A stretch of 24,680 nucleotides of DNA. It comes from a virus. Taxonomy: Duplodnaviria > Caudoviricetes. Made by a program: the position numbers and the translations under genes. Location of the stretch: positions 1 through 24,680 of IMG/VR virus record IMGVR_UViG_3300038675_000256; one strand, 5' to 3'. Shown here in pieces: positions 1-8,017 of this stretch. Each line of letters starts with the position of its first letter. Positions within the stretch are counted from its first letter, which is position 1. Below the pieces are notes generated by a model. The model was not told where the DNA came from and did no database searches. It saw only the letters and a list, made by a program, of their open reading frames with translations.

Positions 1-2
1 GA

Positions 3-569
3 TGTGATGGCACAAAGGATCCCTGTCAGTTCAACCCGAAAGTCAAGCCGGCCCAACCCAAAGAGCCGGCACCCAAGAAAGACCCCCCCGCAAGACACGA
101 GCCGGAAGGGTCGCCATCGAGTTCTGTTGGCGAAAAGCCAGCCATCCAGACAAATCCCGAAGAGACAATGAAAATCGAACAGGGACGCGAGATGCTGGAA
201 AGTATCCTCAATGCAGATCCGAGAGTGATTGACCACATCGCGGAACACGATCCGGAACTCTGGGATGCCTTCCGGGAAAAGATGCTTGGAGTGATCCCCG
301 ATAAGAAAACACCCGATCTGAAACTCCCCTCTGAAAGCGAACTTGTCACCATGACAGTGAACTATGATTCATACTGGAAGGCAAAGACGCTGGCGGATAT
401 TGTCGTTCGTCATGATATCCGCAAACAGGTGGAGTTCAAGAACCGGCTGGAATGTGTTAGTCTGGCCCTCTCGACCAAACCTGCAAACCGTGAGGATTGT
501 TACCGGCAGGCATGGGACATCTATGACACGATCACGCAGAAGATCAATGAGGTGACAAAGGATGCCTGA
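3..569 (+). CDS. Hypothetical protein, 5'-truncated by the window edge
   Basis: The frame of ORF 168..569 stays open back to position 3 (CDGTKDPCQFNPKVKPAQPKEPAP...), with a Pro/Lys-rich linker followed by a helical region. Confidence 0.7.
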   Translation, partial: CDGTKDPCQFNPKVKPAQPKEPAPKKDPPARHEPEGSPSSSVGEKPAIQTNPEETMKIEQGREMLESILNADPRVIDHIAEHDPELWDAFREKMLGVIPDKKTPDLKLPSESELVTMTVNYDSYWKAKTLADIVVRHDIRKQVEFKNRLECVSLALSTKPANREDCYRQAWDIYDTITQKINEVTKDA

Positions 570-831
570 CGATTCTTCGCAGGATGATCGTCCCGATCTT
601 CGTGGAGCACCATGCGGATTCTGCTGGCAGATGCTTTTCGCATATTCTCCTACTTGTGCAACATGCCGGCTGCGCCCGTTCGGATCGGCCCCATGTCTTG
701 ATGATCTCCCAGACTCGCAGGAATGCCCCGGATCTGGTTGTTGTCCGAATGGACAAGAGTGCATCGAAATTCTTAAAAGAGAATGGCCGCTTGCTGAAGT
801 TGCTCTCAAAATGGCTGGGGTAATTCCATGA
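562..831 (+). CDS. Small Cys-rich hypothetical protein
   Basis: GAGGTGA RBS upstream; CxxC pairs (CGFC, CATC); overlaps both neighbours as in an operon. Confidence 0.6.
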   Translation: MPDDSSQDDRPDLRGAPCGFCWQMLFAYSPTCATCRLRPFGSAPCLDDLPDSQECPGSGCCPNGQECIEILKREWPLAEVALKMAGVIP

Positions 832-1274
832 AGCTCAAGATCTTCACGATCGCCCGTCCGGAATTCGGTGAGGAAGCGTTCGATAACTGGCACCGGCAGA
901 ACCCCGGCATCAAGATCAATTCCAAGCATATCTGCGCTCATGGGAAACCCGAACGGCTGGAAGGCCATGATGAGTTTACCAGTTTCGACCGGCTGTATGT
1001 GTTCTACGAGACTGCCGAGGATGTCCAGTATTCCAGTAACCGCGACACGATCTCTGAGAACGCTCAGCTGGAAATGTGTAAGGATATCGCTAAGGCGATT
1101 TACCTGAATCTTGGTGAAATGGAGACATACAAAGGCTTGAAGAACGCCATACAGCGCCGGGCGTATATGATGGACGTACACAACATCCCCGCCAAGGATG
1201 CCGATCTGGTGCATGAAGTAATCACCATGATGCAGGCCGGCACGATCAAAGGGCACCTCCCGGAAAAGGAGTGA
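828..1274 (+). CDS. Hypothetical protein
   Basis: 148-aa ORF with ATGA overlap to the previous gene; no motif recognised. Confidence 0.65.
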   Translation: MKLKIFTIARPEFGEEAFDNWHRQNPGIKINSKHICAHGKPERLEGHDEFTSFDRLYVFYETAEDVQYSSNRDTISENAQLEMCKDIAKAIYLNLGEMETYKGLKNAIQRRAYMMDVHNIPAKDADLVHEVITMMQAGTIKGHLPEKE

Positions 1275-1279
1275 TAATC

Positions 1280-1858
1280 ATGCGGATCAATCCGCTGCAT
1301 GAAAGTACCTGTCATAACCGGATCGGAATGTACCGAGGAGAACAATGCATTGCCGGCCCGCACCCCTGCACATTTCTGGGAGAATGTGATCAGCATTATG
1401 ATCCGGAGACGGGCGATTGGGATTATCCCGATCCGCTTGCCCCATATGTTTCTCCGGCAAAACCAAAGTTTGATCCCGAGAAAGAACTAACTTCTCACGA
1501 ACGATCAGCTCTGACAGCCGCCCGTAATGGCAATCGAGAAGCCGTCAGGGGAAAAACCCGGTTGATTCTTGATCGGGATGAGATAATCCGGAAAGCGGTA
1601 ATGCAGCATACCGACAAGTGCGGTGCAGTCTATACGGACGATCTCATCAAGGCGACGGGACTTGACAAACGAGTGATCACGGATTACCTGAAACGAACCG
1701 GATTTGAGAAACGAGCCGGAAGTACATCCCGCCGGTGGGTTAAGGATTGGGCGCCGAACCCGTTAGATCATTTCGTCACGCCTGAAGACCCGCCGGCTGA
1801 TCCGGATGAAGAACAAGAGCGCGATCCTCCGCTTGATGAAGGGGATCAAGGAGAGTGA
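1280..1858 (+). CDS. Hypothetical protein, possible winged-helix DNA-binding region
   Basis: GGAGTGA RBS 5 nt before ATG 1280; the segment VYTDDLIKATGLDKRVITDYLKRTGF looks HTH-like; acidic tail. Confidence 0.55.
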   Translation: MRINPLHESTCHNRIGMYRGEQCIAGPHPCTFLGECDQHYDPETGDWDYPDPLAPYVSPAKPKFDPEKELTSHERSALTAARNGNREAVRGKTRLILDRDEIIRKAVMQHTDKCGAVYTDDLIKATGLDKRVITDYLKRTGFEKRAGSTSRRWVKDWAPNPLDHFVTPEDPPADPDEEQERDPPLDEGDQGE

Positions 1859-1860
1859 AA

Positions 1861-2622
1861 ATGTCCGATAAAAGTGGAATTCAATGGTGCGATGCAAGTC
1901 TCAATTTCGCCACAGGGTGTACTCGTGTCAGTGCAGGTTGTGCGAATTGTTACAGCCTTGACCGCACGATCCCGCGCCTTCAGGCAATGGGGCAGGAGAA
2001 GTACCGGAACGGCACGAAGTTCACCGTGCATCCCGAAGTCATGTACGAGCCGCTGAAGTGGAAGAAACCCCGGCGGATCTTTGTCAATTCTGTGAGTGAT
2101 ACGTTCCATGAAGAGATGCCGGCTCAGACACTATTCGGATTCTTTCAGGAAGTCGTATCAAAATGTCCACAGCACCAATTCCTACTGCTAACAAAACGTG
2201 CACAACGGATGAACGACTTTTTCACAGCATGGCCGAACTATCTTCTTTCAAATGTCTGGATCGGAGTTACGGCTGAGAATCAGAAGATGGCGGACGAACG
2301 ATTACTCCTCCTGAAAGACATTCCCGCAAAGATCCGGTTCGTCTCGGTGGAACCCATGCTCGGCCCCGTGGATCTCTCCGCGTATGCTGAATGGCTGGAC
2401 TGGATTATCATTGGAGGAGAGTCCGGCCCAAAGCAGCGCGTGATCCCATTCAAGTACGTGCAGGATCTCGTTTATCAGGGAAAACAGAGGGGTATTCCGG
2501 TCTTCCTGAAACAAATGCATGATGGGGAACGGCTTGTCAAGGAACCTTATATCTGGATCCCGGGCGAGACGGAGCACAAGCAGTACCTTGAATATCCGAG
2601 TGATGCCTATGCAGGACGCTGA
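1861..2622 (+). CDS. DUF5131 / phage Gp37-Gp68 family protein (radical-SAM-like)
   Basis: Family-typical motifs SGIQW, GCTRVSAGCANCY, IFVNSVSDTFH, LLTKR, NVWIGVTAENQ, RFVSVEPMLG, WIIIGGESG, FLKQ. Confidence 0.92.
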   Translation: MSDKSGIQWCDASLNFATGCTRVSAGCANCYSLDRTIPRLQAMGQEKYRNGTKFTVHPEVMYEPLKWKKPRRIFVNSVSDTFHEEMPAQTLFGFFQEVVSKCPQHQFLLLTKRAQRMNDFFTAWPNYLLSNVWIGVTAENQKMADERLLLLKDIPAKIRFVSVEPMLGPVDLSAYAEWLDWIIIGGESGPKQRVIPFKYVQDLVYQGKQRGIPVFLKQMHDGERLVKEPYIWIPGETEHKQYLEYPSDAYAGR

Positions 2623-3310
2623 AATCCTTTTTGTTACAGAGGTTGGAAGTCGCATGTGGGGCATGGAAAAGTTCGCCAGCGACTATGACTTGTTCCACTG
2701 TTACCAGCAGCCGGCTGGGGAATATCTCCGGACAAGCACGTTCGAGAAAAGCCGGCCGGCCAAGACATTTACGGCAGATGCAGAGTATCTGACGATCCCC
2801 GTTGGTGCAGAGATTGACGCTCAGTACATGGAGATCGGCCACCTTGTAAATCTACTCAAGAAAGGGAACATCAATATGATATGGGCTGTCTGTTCAGGAG
2901 TGATCCGGCAGGACAACCCGGTACTCAAGGAATTGAGAAGCATTACGCTCAATAACCTCTCAAAAGCCACATATCAATCCATTAAGGGCATGGCATTATC
3001 GGCATATGCTGATGCAGATATCCGGAAGGCTGTGCGGGATCCAGAAAAGAGCCTTTGGACATGCCGGAGAACGCTCGAAATGGGGGATTCTCTTCTTCTC
3101 GGGGGCGGTGTTGATTTCTTCGTTGTCACTCGAATGTCTCACGGCAGTATAACGAAAGAGTATTGCCAAGAGGCATTCGCGAAACTTGAAAGGTCATATG
3201 CCCTCTCGAAGTTGCCAGACCTCCCCGATCCTGTGCCGTTTAATGATTTCCTCTTCCGGATCCGGATGAAAGAGATCCTTGACAATCACATTTCCGTCAA
3301 GGTGAAATGA
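2609..3310 (+). CDS. Pol-beta-superfamily nucleotidyltransferase, RlaP/YcgL (T4 NrdC.11-like) family
   Basis: GSRMWG...SDYD (GS-x-DxD signature), later LLKKGNIN and C-terminal SKLPDLPD...NDFL; GAGTGA RBS before ATG 2609. Confidence 0.82.
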   Translation: MQDAEILFVTEVGSRMWGMEKFASDYDLFHCYQQPAGEYLRTSTFEKSRPAKTFTADAEYLTIPVGAEIDAQYMEIGHLVNLLKKGNINMIWAVCSGVIRQDNPVLKELRSITLNNLSKATYQSIKGMALSAYADADIRKAVRDPEKSLWTCRRTLEMGDSLLLGGGVDFFVVTRMSHGSITKEYCQEAFAKLERSYALSKLPDLPDPVPFNDFLFRIRMKEILDNHISVKVK

Positions 3311-3819
3311 TGGGCGGCTTTGAGGATGGTGAACGCTACCGGGGCCAGCAGACCCAGCTTTCTTTTATAGAAGATGCCGATTTATCTATTCGAGATCAGC
3401 CGGAAGTGAAAATTCCAGCAGTCCCGCCACAGACGAAAAAGCCATCAAAACCCGCGCTGCCGGTCAGGATTCATTTCATGGCAGGGCATTATGTCAATGA
3501 GCACCATTACTTCTACTGTCAGGGGTACCGGCCATATGGTGGCGATCCGGATTATCACGAAAAGCACAGCAAGTATCATAACAATTCAGATACCTGCGCA
3601 CGATGTTTCAAGGTAATTGACGGCGTACCGTATCGAGCGTCTTTCACCTGCCGGAAAGAGGGCGGGGGTCATACGGTTTATCATTCACTATTCAATCAGA
3701 ATCCCCTTGACCATGTTGACCCACGGGAACGCAAGATGATTACTGCCGGATTGAAATGGCTCTGGCAGGAAGAAGGAGGCAAGCATGTCAGAAGAACCAA
3801 AACCAAAGAATCGAAGTGA
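3307..3819 (+). CDS. Hypothetical Cys/His-rich protein
   Basis: AGGTGA RBS, ATGA overlap, 170 aa with CARC and several His. Confidence 0.6.
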   Translation: MMGGFEDGERYRGQQTQLSFIEDADLSIRDQPEVKIPAVPPQTKKPSKPALPVRIHFMAGHYVNEHHYFYCQGYRPYGGDPDYHEKHSKYHNNSDTCARCFKVIDGVPYRASFTCRKEGGGHTVYHSLFNQNPLDHVDPRERKMITAGLKWLWQEEGGKHVRRTKTKESK

Positions 3820-3895
3820 ACGCCGGGCCGCTGCTCGTAAGCCGAAAGGCGGAGGCGTCAAGATCCCGAAGAAACGATGGAAGTGGTCTGGGTGA
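3785..3895 (+). CDS. Small basic peptide (36 aa, MSEEPKPKNRSERRAAARKPKGGGVKIPKKRWKWSG)
   Basis: GGAGG RBS; fills the gap between genes; stop overlaps a GTG start (GTGA). Below the ORF-track length cutoff. Confidence 0.45.
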   Translation: MSEEPKPKNRSERRAAARKPKGGGVKIPKKRWKWSG

Positions 3896-4374
3896 ATGAT
3901 AACCCATTCGATGAATTGATTCCGCTGCCTGAAGTTGTCTACGATAAAAGGGCTTGGGATGGGACATGGTGTAAATCGCCATATCCGGGGCACCCTCATG
4001 GATGTCCGAATTTTCCGAACTGTCCGGCTCAACATGAATGGTTCACGGAATACGGACATAAATACCGGTGGTTTGCCGTGGTTGAAGTGTTCGACATGGC
4101 CGCCCATGTTACCGCAATGAAGGCGAAGCATCCCGGTTGGTCTCTCCGTCAGTGTATGAACCCTCTCTACTGGCAAGGTGGGGTGAGAAAACGCCTCCGA
4201 GAAAAGGCGCATCGTCTCGATCCAAAACTGAATGAATGGGGACACTTCTTCCATCCCATCCCAGAAGCGGCGGGTGTAAATGTCTTCGAGACAATGGCAA
4301 AAGTCGGGATCATCTTGGATCGTGACATCTCAAAAACTGTGCATAAAATTGTACTGGTGGGGATTCGACAATGA
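3892..4374 (+). CDS. DUF2284-like predicted metal-binding protein (start GTG 3892 or ATG 3877)
   Basis: WCKSPYPGHPHGCPNFPNCP and PEAAGVNVFETM motifs. Confidence 0.7.
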   Translation: MNDNPFDELIPLPEVVYDKRAWDGTWCKSPYPGHPHGCPNFPNCPAQHEWFTEYGHKYRWFAVVEVFDMAAHVTAMKAKHPGWSLRQCMNPLYWQGGVRKRLREKAHRLDPKLNEWGHFFHPIPEAAGVNVFETMAKVGIILDRDISKTVHKIVLVGIRQ

Positions 4375-4931
4375 TCAAGGGCGCAGCTGACTTTTCCAAA
4401 TCATCCAAGACCGAGGAGCAATACACTCCGCGGGAATGGTGGCAGCGGGTCATTATGGTGATGGGCCGGATTGACGTTGACCCTTCAGCGGATCTTGAAA
4501 AACGGATCCCCGCCGGCACGCATTACACCAAGATTGATAATGGCCTGACGAAACCGTGGATCGGCACCGTCTACAACAACCCGCCGTTCGGTCATGGTGT
4601 TGGCCGGTGGTTCACGAAGCTGAGAGATGAGATCGCTAAGGGGAATTGCACGGAAGCGATCATCCTGTGGAAATGTGCACTTGAGACAAATGCGACTCGG
4701 ACGCTGATCAACATTCCTGCATACCGGCTGTCTGCCGTCCCGAATGGTCGTATATCGTTCCTATCGGGCGATCCGCTGAATCACAACTCAGTCGGAGACG
4801 TTGCAACATTCACCCCGGTATTCCATTACTTCGGCCCCCACGAACAGAAATTCGCACGGATATTTGGGCCACACGCCACACTCTGGAAACCAGTCAAAAC
4901 TACGGACAATTACACCCTAAAGGAGGACTAA
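4371..4931 (+). CDS. Phage-type DNA N6-adenine methyltransferase (Dam family)
   Basis: YTP...IDVDP...DNGLTKPW..VYNNPPFG catalytic motif and GRISF. Confidence 0.85.
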   Translation: MIKGAADFSKSSKTEEQYTPREWWQRVIMVMGRIDVDPSADLEKRIPAGTHYTKIDNGLTKPWIGTVYNNPPFGHGVGRWFTKLRDEIAKGNCTEAIILWKCALETNATRTLINIPAYRLSAVPNGRISFLSGDPLNHNSVGDVATFTPVFHYFGPHEQKFARIFGPHATLWKPVKTTDNYTLKED

Positions 4932-4935
4932 TCGA

Positions 4936-5139
4936 ATGTCACTACTTATCTTAATCGGATTGCATTCCGGAATTGCCGGCCTGATCCTGATCGCCGCTTG
5001 CGTGGGGATCCTGTTCCTGACGATCAAGAAAAAGGAAACCCGCCGCGACCATATCCTTGTCCGGCTGATGGTACTGGGCTTCATGATCCTTGCGGTGGCG
5101 ATTGTCGTGGGGATTACGGGAGTGATTCTCGGATGGTAA
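4936..5139 (+). CDS. Small two-TM membrane protein
   Basis: AGGAGG RBS; two hydrophobic stretches separated by KKKETRR. Confidence 0.65.
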   Translation: MSLLILIGLHSGIAGLILIAACVGILFLTIKKKETRRDHILVRLMVLGFMILAVAIVVGITGVILGW

Positions 5140-5336
5140 AGATCAAAGTAAAGTGTGCATTCTGCGGTGAAGATGTTGAACGCAAGGAGAGCCAGATCGC
5201 CAAAAGCAAAACTAAGAAGGTCTTCTGTAACAACGGCTGCCGGATCGCACACGAAAGGATGTTCGGGAACTGCAATAGAGGACGCCACATTCAGCGTGGA
5301 TGGAGAAGACCGGAGACATTAAGTGCCTCTGGGTAA
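5133..5336 (+). CDS. Small Zn-binding protein (TRASH/treble-clef-like)
   Basis: CAFCG...FCNNGC; the true start is probably ATG 5133 within track ORF 4998..5336. Confidence 0.65.
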   Translation: MVKIKVKCAFCGEDVERKESQIAKSKTKKVFCNNGCRIAHERMFGNCNRGRHIQRGWRRPETLSASG

Positions 5337-6027
5337 AGGTATTGTTACAGGAGTGAAAATGGACAACGGTCACGTAAACTGTCCTCAAGGCCGGCGGGTA
5401 ATCACTCGCAGATCCGAACAGAACAAATGGCGAAGAGGTCCGCGCTGGAAGAAGATGCTGGCGGATCACGCTCACATCCCCGAAGCCGAATGTGCAGTCT
5501 GTTACCGGAAACACGGGCAGGTCATGACATACCGGAATGGGAACATCAAGTACGACAAGAAAGGGAATGAAAAACGCATTATCCTGACGATCAATCATAC
5601 TGACCGGATCTGTTACCTCGATGAAGAGTTGTACCTGACGTGGAATCCGGCCCGCATGAGAGTGGAATGCACGACATGCAACTGGATGTACGAACAGGGA
5701 AAGATCCCGTGTCCGGACTGCCTGAAGAAAGGGATTGTCGTATACATCAAATGGGATCAGGAATGTTGTGATGCCTGCTTTTACGAGAAACACCCCGATA
5801 TCCTTCAACGGATCATCCAGAAACGGGCAGACCAGAAGAAAGCCGATAAGGAGTTCAAGGAGAAACGGAACGCCAAGAACCGCGCATCCAAGAGAAAGCA
5901 TCCCTGCCGGTTCCGGATGGTTTCCGGGAAATGTCAGTGTGACGGGCATCACTGTGAACATGCACCCACGAAGGCAGAGAAGAATTGCGGGAAATTTGAG
6001 AGAAAGAAAACGTTGGTGAAAAAATGA
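5323..6027 (+). CDS. Multi-Zn-finger protein with a possible HNH-like nuclease core
   Basis: CAVC...LTINHTD...RVECTTCN followed by further CxxC pairs and a basic coiled region. Confidence 0.55.
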   Translation: MPLGKGIVTGVKMDNGHVNCPQGRRVITRRSEQNKWRRGPRWKKMLADHAHIPEAECAVCYRKHGQVMTYRNGNIKYDKKGNEKRIILTINHTDRICYLDEELYLTWNPARMRVECTTCNWMYEQGKIPCPDCLKKGIVVYIKWDQECCDACFYEKHPDILQRIIQKRADQKKADKEFKEKRNAKNRASKRKHPCRFRMVSGKCQCDGHHCEHAPTKAEKNCGKFERKKTLVKK

Positions 6028-6179
6028 CGGAAATAAAGCGCCCATGGTGTTTCGGACAATGGAATAAATGTCCTAATTATGGGATGGCTGGGGATCCTCA
6101 AGGGGTTCCTCCCGATTGGGTGAAATGCGATTTTGAAGATACGTGCCGGCAGCATGAAGACCGGCCAAGGAGGAAATGA
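6024..6179 (+). CDS. Small Cys-containing protein (51 aa)
   Basis: GGTGA RBS, ATGA overlaps at both ends; MTEIKRPWCFGQWNKCPNY... Confidence 0.55.
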   Translation: MTEIKRPWCFGQWNKCPNYGMAGDPQGVPPDWVKCDFEDTCRQHEDRPRRK

Positions 6180-6376
6180 TGACAGAAAACAAACCGGAGT
6201 ATATCCCCATCGGCGGATATCAGATCACGAAAGTTCGATCTTTCAGTTCAGAAAAACCAGATTGCGAATACACGCTCATTACGCTGAACATCAAAACATA
6301 CAGGGCAATATTGCTTTTGCTATTCGTGATGGGCGTGATGTTTGGAATTACGGTATTCCGGATGTTACAACTATGA
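6176..6376 (+). CDS. Small membrane protein
   Basis: AGGAGG RBS; C-terminal hydrophobic helix. Confidence 0.6.
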   Translation: MMTENKPEYIPIGGYQITKVRSFSSEKPDCEYTLITLNIKTYRAILLLLFVMGVMFGITVFRMLQL

Positions 6377-6579
6377 CTGACGCCCAACAGCAGATCGTGC
6401 TGGTACCCCCGATCCAGTATGCCCTGATCAAACGGTGCGGAGGTTCCGCGGAAGCCGTCAGCATGGCCTTCCAGAACCGGAAAACCCATCCGGACGAAGC
6501 CGTGGAGATCTGGCCGGTACCGGAATCAGAAGAACGAATTGTCGTAAGAGAACTCATGGAGGAAAAAGATGGAAAATGA
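6373..6579 (+). CDS. Hypothetical protein (68 aa)
   Basis: ATGA-coupled start at 6373 inside track ORF 6133..6579. Confidence 0.55.
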   Translation: MTDAQQQIVLVPPIQYALIKRCGGSAEAVSMAFQNRKTHPDEAVEIWPVPESEERIVVRELMEEKDGK

Positions 6580-6820
6580 AAAAGATGATCAGTATGATCG
6601 TTTTTGCAATGTCGCTCAAATATCAAACCGTCATTTAAGTGAGATTGAATCGTATAAACATGCGATATCAGTAAGGGACGCCGAAATAAAGCAATTGTAT
6701 GACGCTCTAAACAATCGAAAGTTCGGTATACTCACATCAAGAAAAGACATAATTTGGGCGTTTATTCTGGGTATGATTGTAGGTGGAGGAATTGTTATCG
6801 TAAGAATGATTTTGCCTTGA
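6569..6820 (+). CDS. Coiled-coil protein with a C-terminal TM helix
   Basis: GGAGG RBS; IIWAFILGMIVGGGIVIV. Confidence 0.65.
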   Translation: MENEKDDQYDRFCNVAQISNRHLSEIESYKHAISVRDAEIKQLYDALNNRKFGILTSRKDIIWAFILGMIVGGGIVIVRMILP

Positions 6821-6833
6821 GGTGAAAAAAAGG

Positions 6834-6941
6834 ATGAATACTTTTGAGACAGGTAGAGATGTCATAATATTTCACGTTTTTTGCCTCACAATCCAGCTTA
6901 TGTTTGGATTAATGATTGCATTAATCTATAGCCGTAGGTGA
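6834..6941 (+). CDS. Small membrane peptide (35 aa)
   Basis: GAGGTGA RBS; hydrophobic core VIIFHVFCLTIQLMFGLMIALIY. Confidence 0.5.
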   Translation: MNTFETGRDVIIFHVFCLTIQLMFGLMIALIYSRR

Positions 6942-6947
6942 TAAAAG

Positions 6948-7193
6948 ATGAGCATCAACAGTAATTTCGGGATTCCCGATGATCGGGCGAAAGAGATTAC
7001 GAAGGAGTATGCAGGGATTATCAAACCGATCTTTGAGTCAGGCAAGATGTCCGGCTCTGCTACCCTTAAGATTATCATGGGTATGCAGCTGACAGATCAG
7101 GAACGCACATGGCTGGCCTATCATGTCGGCGGCATCAATGCCATGATCCTCTACGGGAAGACCAAGGGGAAGAAGATTATCATTAACTGGTGA
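6948..7193 (+). CDS. Hypothetical protein
   Basis: AGGTGA RBS, 81 aa. Confidence 0.65.
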   Translation: MSINSNFGIPDDRAKEITKEYAGIIKPIFESGKMSGSATLKIIMGMQLTDQERTWLAYHVGGINAMILYGKTKGKKIIINW

Positions 7194-7196
7194 GCC

Positions 7197-7352
7197 ATGA
7201 ACGAGTACCACTCCAAAGCCGCTGGGTGTATCTATCGCGGTAAAGAGGGAATGGTAATCAGGGGCGTCCGGCTCTGTGCGATCGCTGATTCTATCGGGGA
7301 TTGTGAAGAACTACGCAGGAAAGGACTATGCAAGCGAGGTTTTAACCGATGA
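7197..7352 (+). CDS. Small Cys-containing protein (51 aa)
   Basis: GGTGA RBS; four Cys; translated by hand. Confidence 0.5.
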   Translation: MNEYHSKAAGCIYRGKEGMVIRGVRLCAIADSIGDCEELRRKGLCKRGFNR

Positions 7353-7495
7353 AACGATGCGGCAATTGTGCCAGATCGGCATTCATATGGAAATGCTGGC
7401 CGCCTTTCTGGTGGTGCGGCAAAGAGGGTAAAATAACGATCTGGAAACGGATATTGGTTATTATGGATGGGTGCAATTATTGGTGGAAACGCTGA
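7349..7495 (+). CDS. Small Cys/Trp-rich protein (48 aa)
   Basis: ATGA overlap; MKRCGNC...WWC...DGCNYWWKR. Confidence 0.5.
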   Translation: MKRCGNCARSAFIWKCWPPFWWCGKEGKITIWKRILVIMDGCNYWWKR

Positions 7496-7510
7496 CTGTA
7501 ACAATCCCCA

Positions 7511-7536
7511 TACCTTTAAGCAATACCTTTAAGCAA
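7511..7536 (+). promoter_or_regulatory. Tandem 13-bp repeat (TACCTTTAAGCAA)x2 with two TATA-like TTTAAG boxes; probable promoter of the tRNA cluster
   Basis: Exact duplication at 7511-7523 and 7524-7536 in an AT-rich gap 35 nt upstream of tRNA-Thr. Confidence 0.55.
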
Positions 7537-7571
7537 TAGCATGAATGAATTAATTTAATCAATGAAGCTAA

Positions 7572-7705
7572 GCCGGTGAAGCACCTGTTGGTTCGGTGCG
7601 TCCAGCCTGTAGAATCCCACGATGCGGTGATCACGTAAACCTCCGGGCGACGGGTCGGGGATTCGGGAAACTGGAAGGGCGCAGGTTCGATTCCTGCCGT
7701 CGGCT
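7572..7705 (+). tRNA. tRNA-Thr(UGU) with a 58-nt intron (7612-7669) at canonical position 37/38
   Basis: Acceptor GCCGGTG/CGTCGGC plus U73; D stem GCAC/GTGC; anticodon stem TCCAG/CTGGA; T arm GCAGG-TTCGATT-CCTGC. Perfect BHB: CCTG/CGGG helix, TAG and AAA bulges, AATCCC/GGGATT outer helix. Spliced loop is CC-UGU-AA. Confidence 0.88.
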
Positions 7706-7706
7706 C

Positions 7707-7728
7707 TTACCCGGTGCACCCCGGGTAA
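7707..7728 (+). repeat. Inverted repeat / hairpin in the tRNA trailer
   Basis: TTACCCGG (7707-7714) pairs with CCGGGTAA (7721-7728). Confidence 0.6.
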
Positions 7729-7825
7729 AAAAAGCCGTGAGTTATCCAGCTATCACGTTAATCACCGCGCTGGCGTGATGGAAATGACCATCTATGCCGG
7801 ATACGCTCAAAGCCGGCAATTCAGA

Positions 7826-7915
7826 GCAACCGTGGAGTAGTGGTTAATCTCGCCCTCGCTTGAGAGGGAGGAGGGTCGCGCCCTCATTTCGTTGGTTCAA
7901 ATCCAACCGGTTGCA
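7826..7915 (+). tRNA. Class II tRNA-like RNA, Ser(UGA)-like, with an aberrant anticodon arm
   Basis: Acceptor GCAACCG/CGGTTGC plus A; D arm GAG-TAGTGGTTAAT-CTC; long variable arm GAGGG-TCGCG-CCCTC; T arm GTTGG-TTCAAAT-CCAAC. The CT-TGA-GA loop sequence is present but its stem pairs poorly. Confidence 0.75.
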
Positions 7916-7916
7916 T

Positions 7917-7969
7917 GAGGCTCTGCTTGGGTTCGGTACCGCTTTACCGGATCAGCATCCTCTTATTTT
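7917..7969 (+). terminator. Long hairpin followed by a T-rich tract; possible end of the first RNA transcript
   Basis: GAGG/CCTC, TGCT/AGCA and GGTTCGGTA/TACCGGATC pairings, then TTATTTT. Confidence 0.45.
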
Positions 7970-7977
7970 CGACTGTA

Positions 7978-7994
7978 ACAAAGTTATTTATACT
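7978..7994 (+). promoter_or_regulatory. Archaeal BRE/TATA promoter for the Y-RNA/Ro unit
   Basis: Purine-rich ACAAAG followed by TTTATA (7987-7992), about 26 nt upstream of the 5' end of the RNA at 8018. Confidence 0.6.
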
Positions 7995-8017
7995 TTAATG
8001 ATAAAGATAATTATCAC

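Noticed and set aside
369-6045. Long minus-strand ORFs (369..1256, 3688..4254, 5212..6045 and others)
   Set aside because: They shadow tightly coupled + strand genes that have RBSs and recognisable motifs.
7606-7612. Reading the first tRNA as tRNA-Tyr(GUA) from CT-GTA-G
   Set aside because: The TCCAG/CTGGA stem and the exact BHB geometry put the anticodon at TGT (7608-7610); the GCC start and U73 also fit Thr.
7612-7669. Box C/D guide RNA inside the tRNA intron
   Set aside because: GTGATCA resembles box C, but there is no CTGA box D in the intron.
7861-7863. TGA-anticodon RNA as a UGA suppressor or tRNA-Sec explaining terS-terL read-through
   Set aside because: Anticodon UGA reads UCA (Ser). 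Suppressing UGA would need anticodon UCA.
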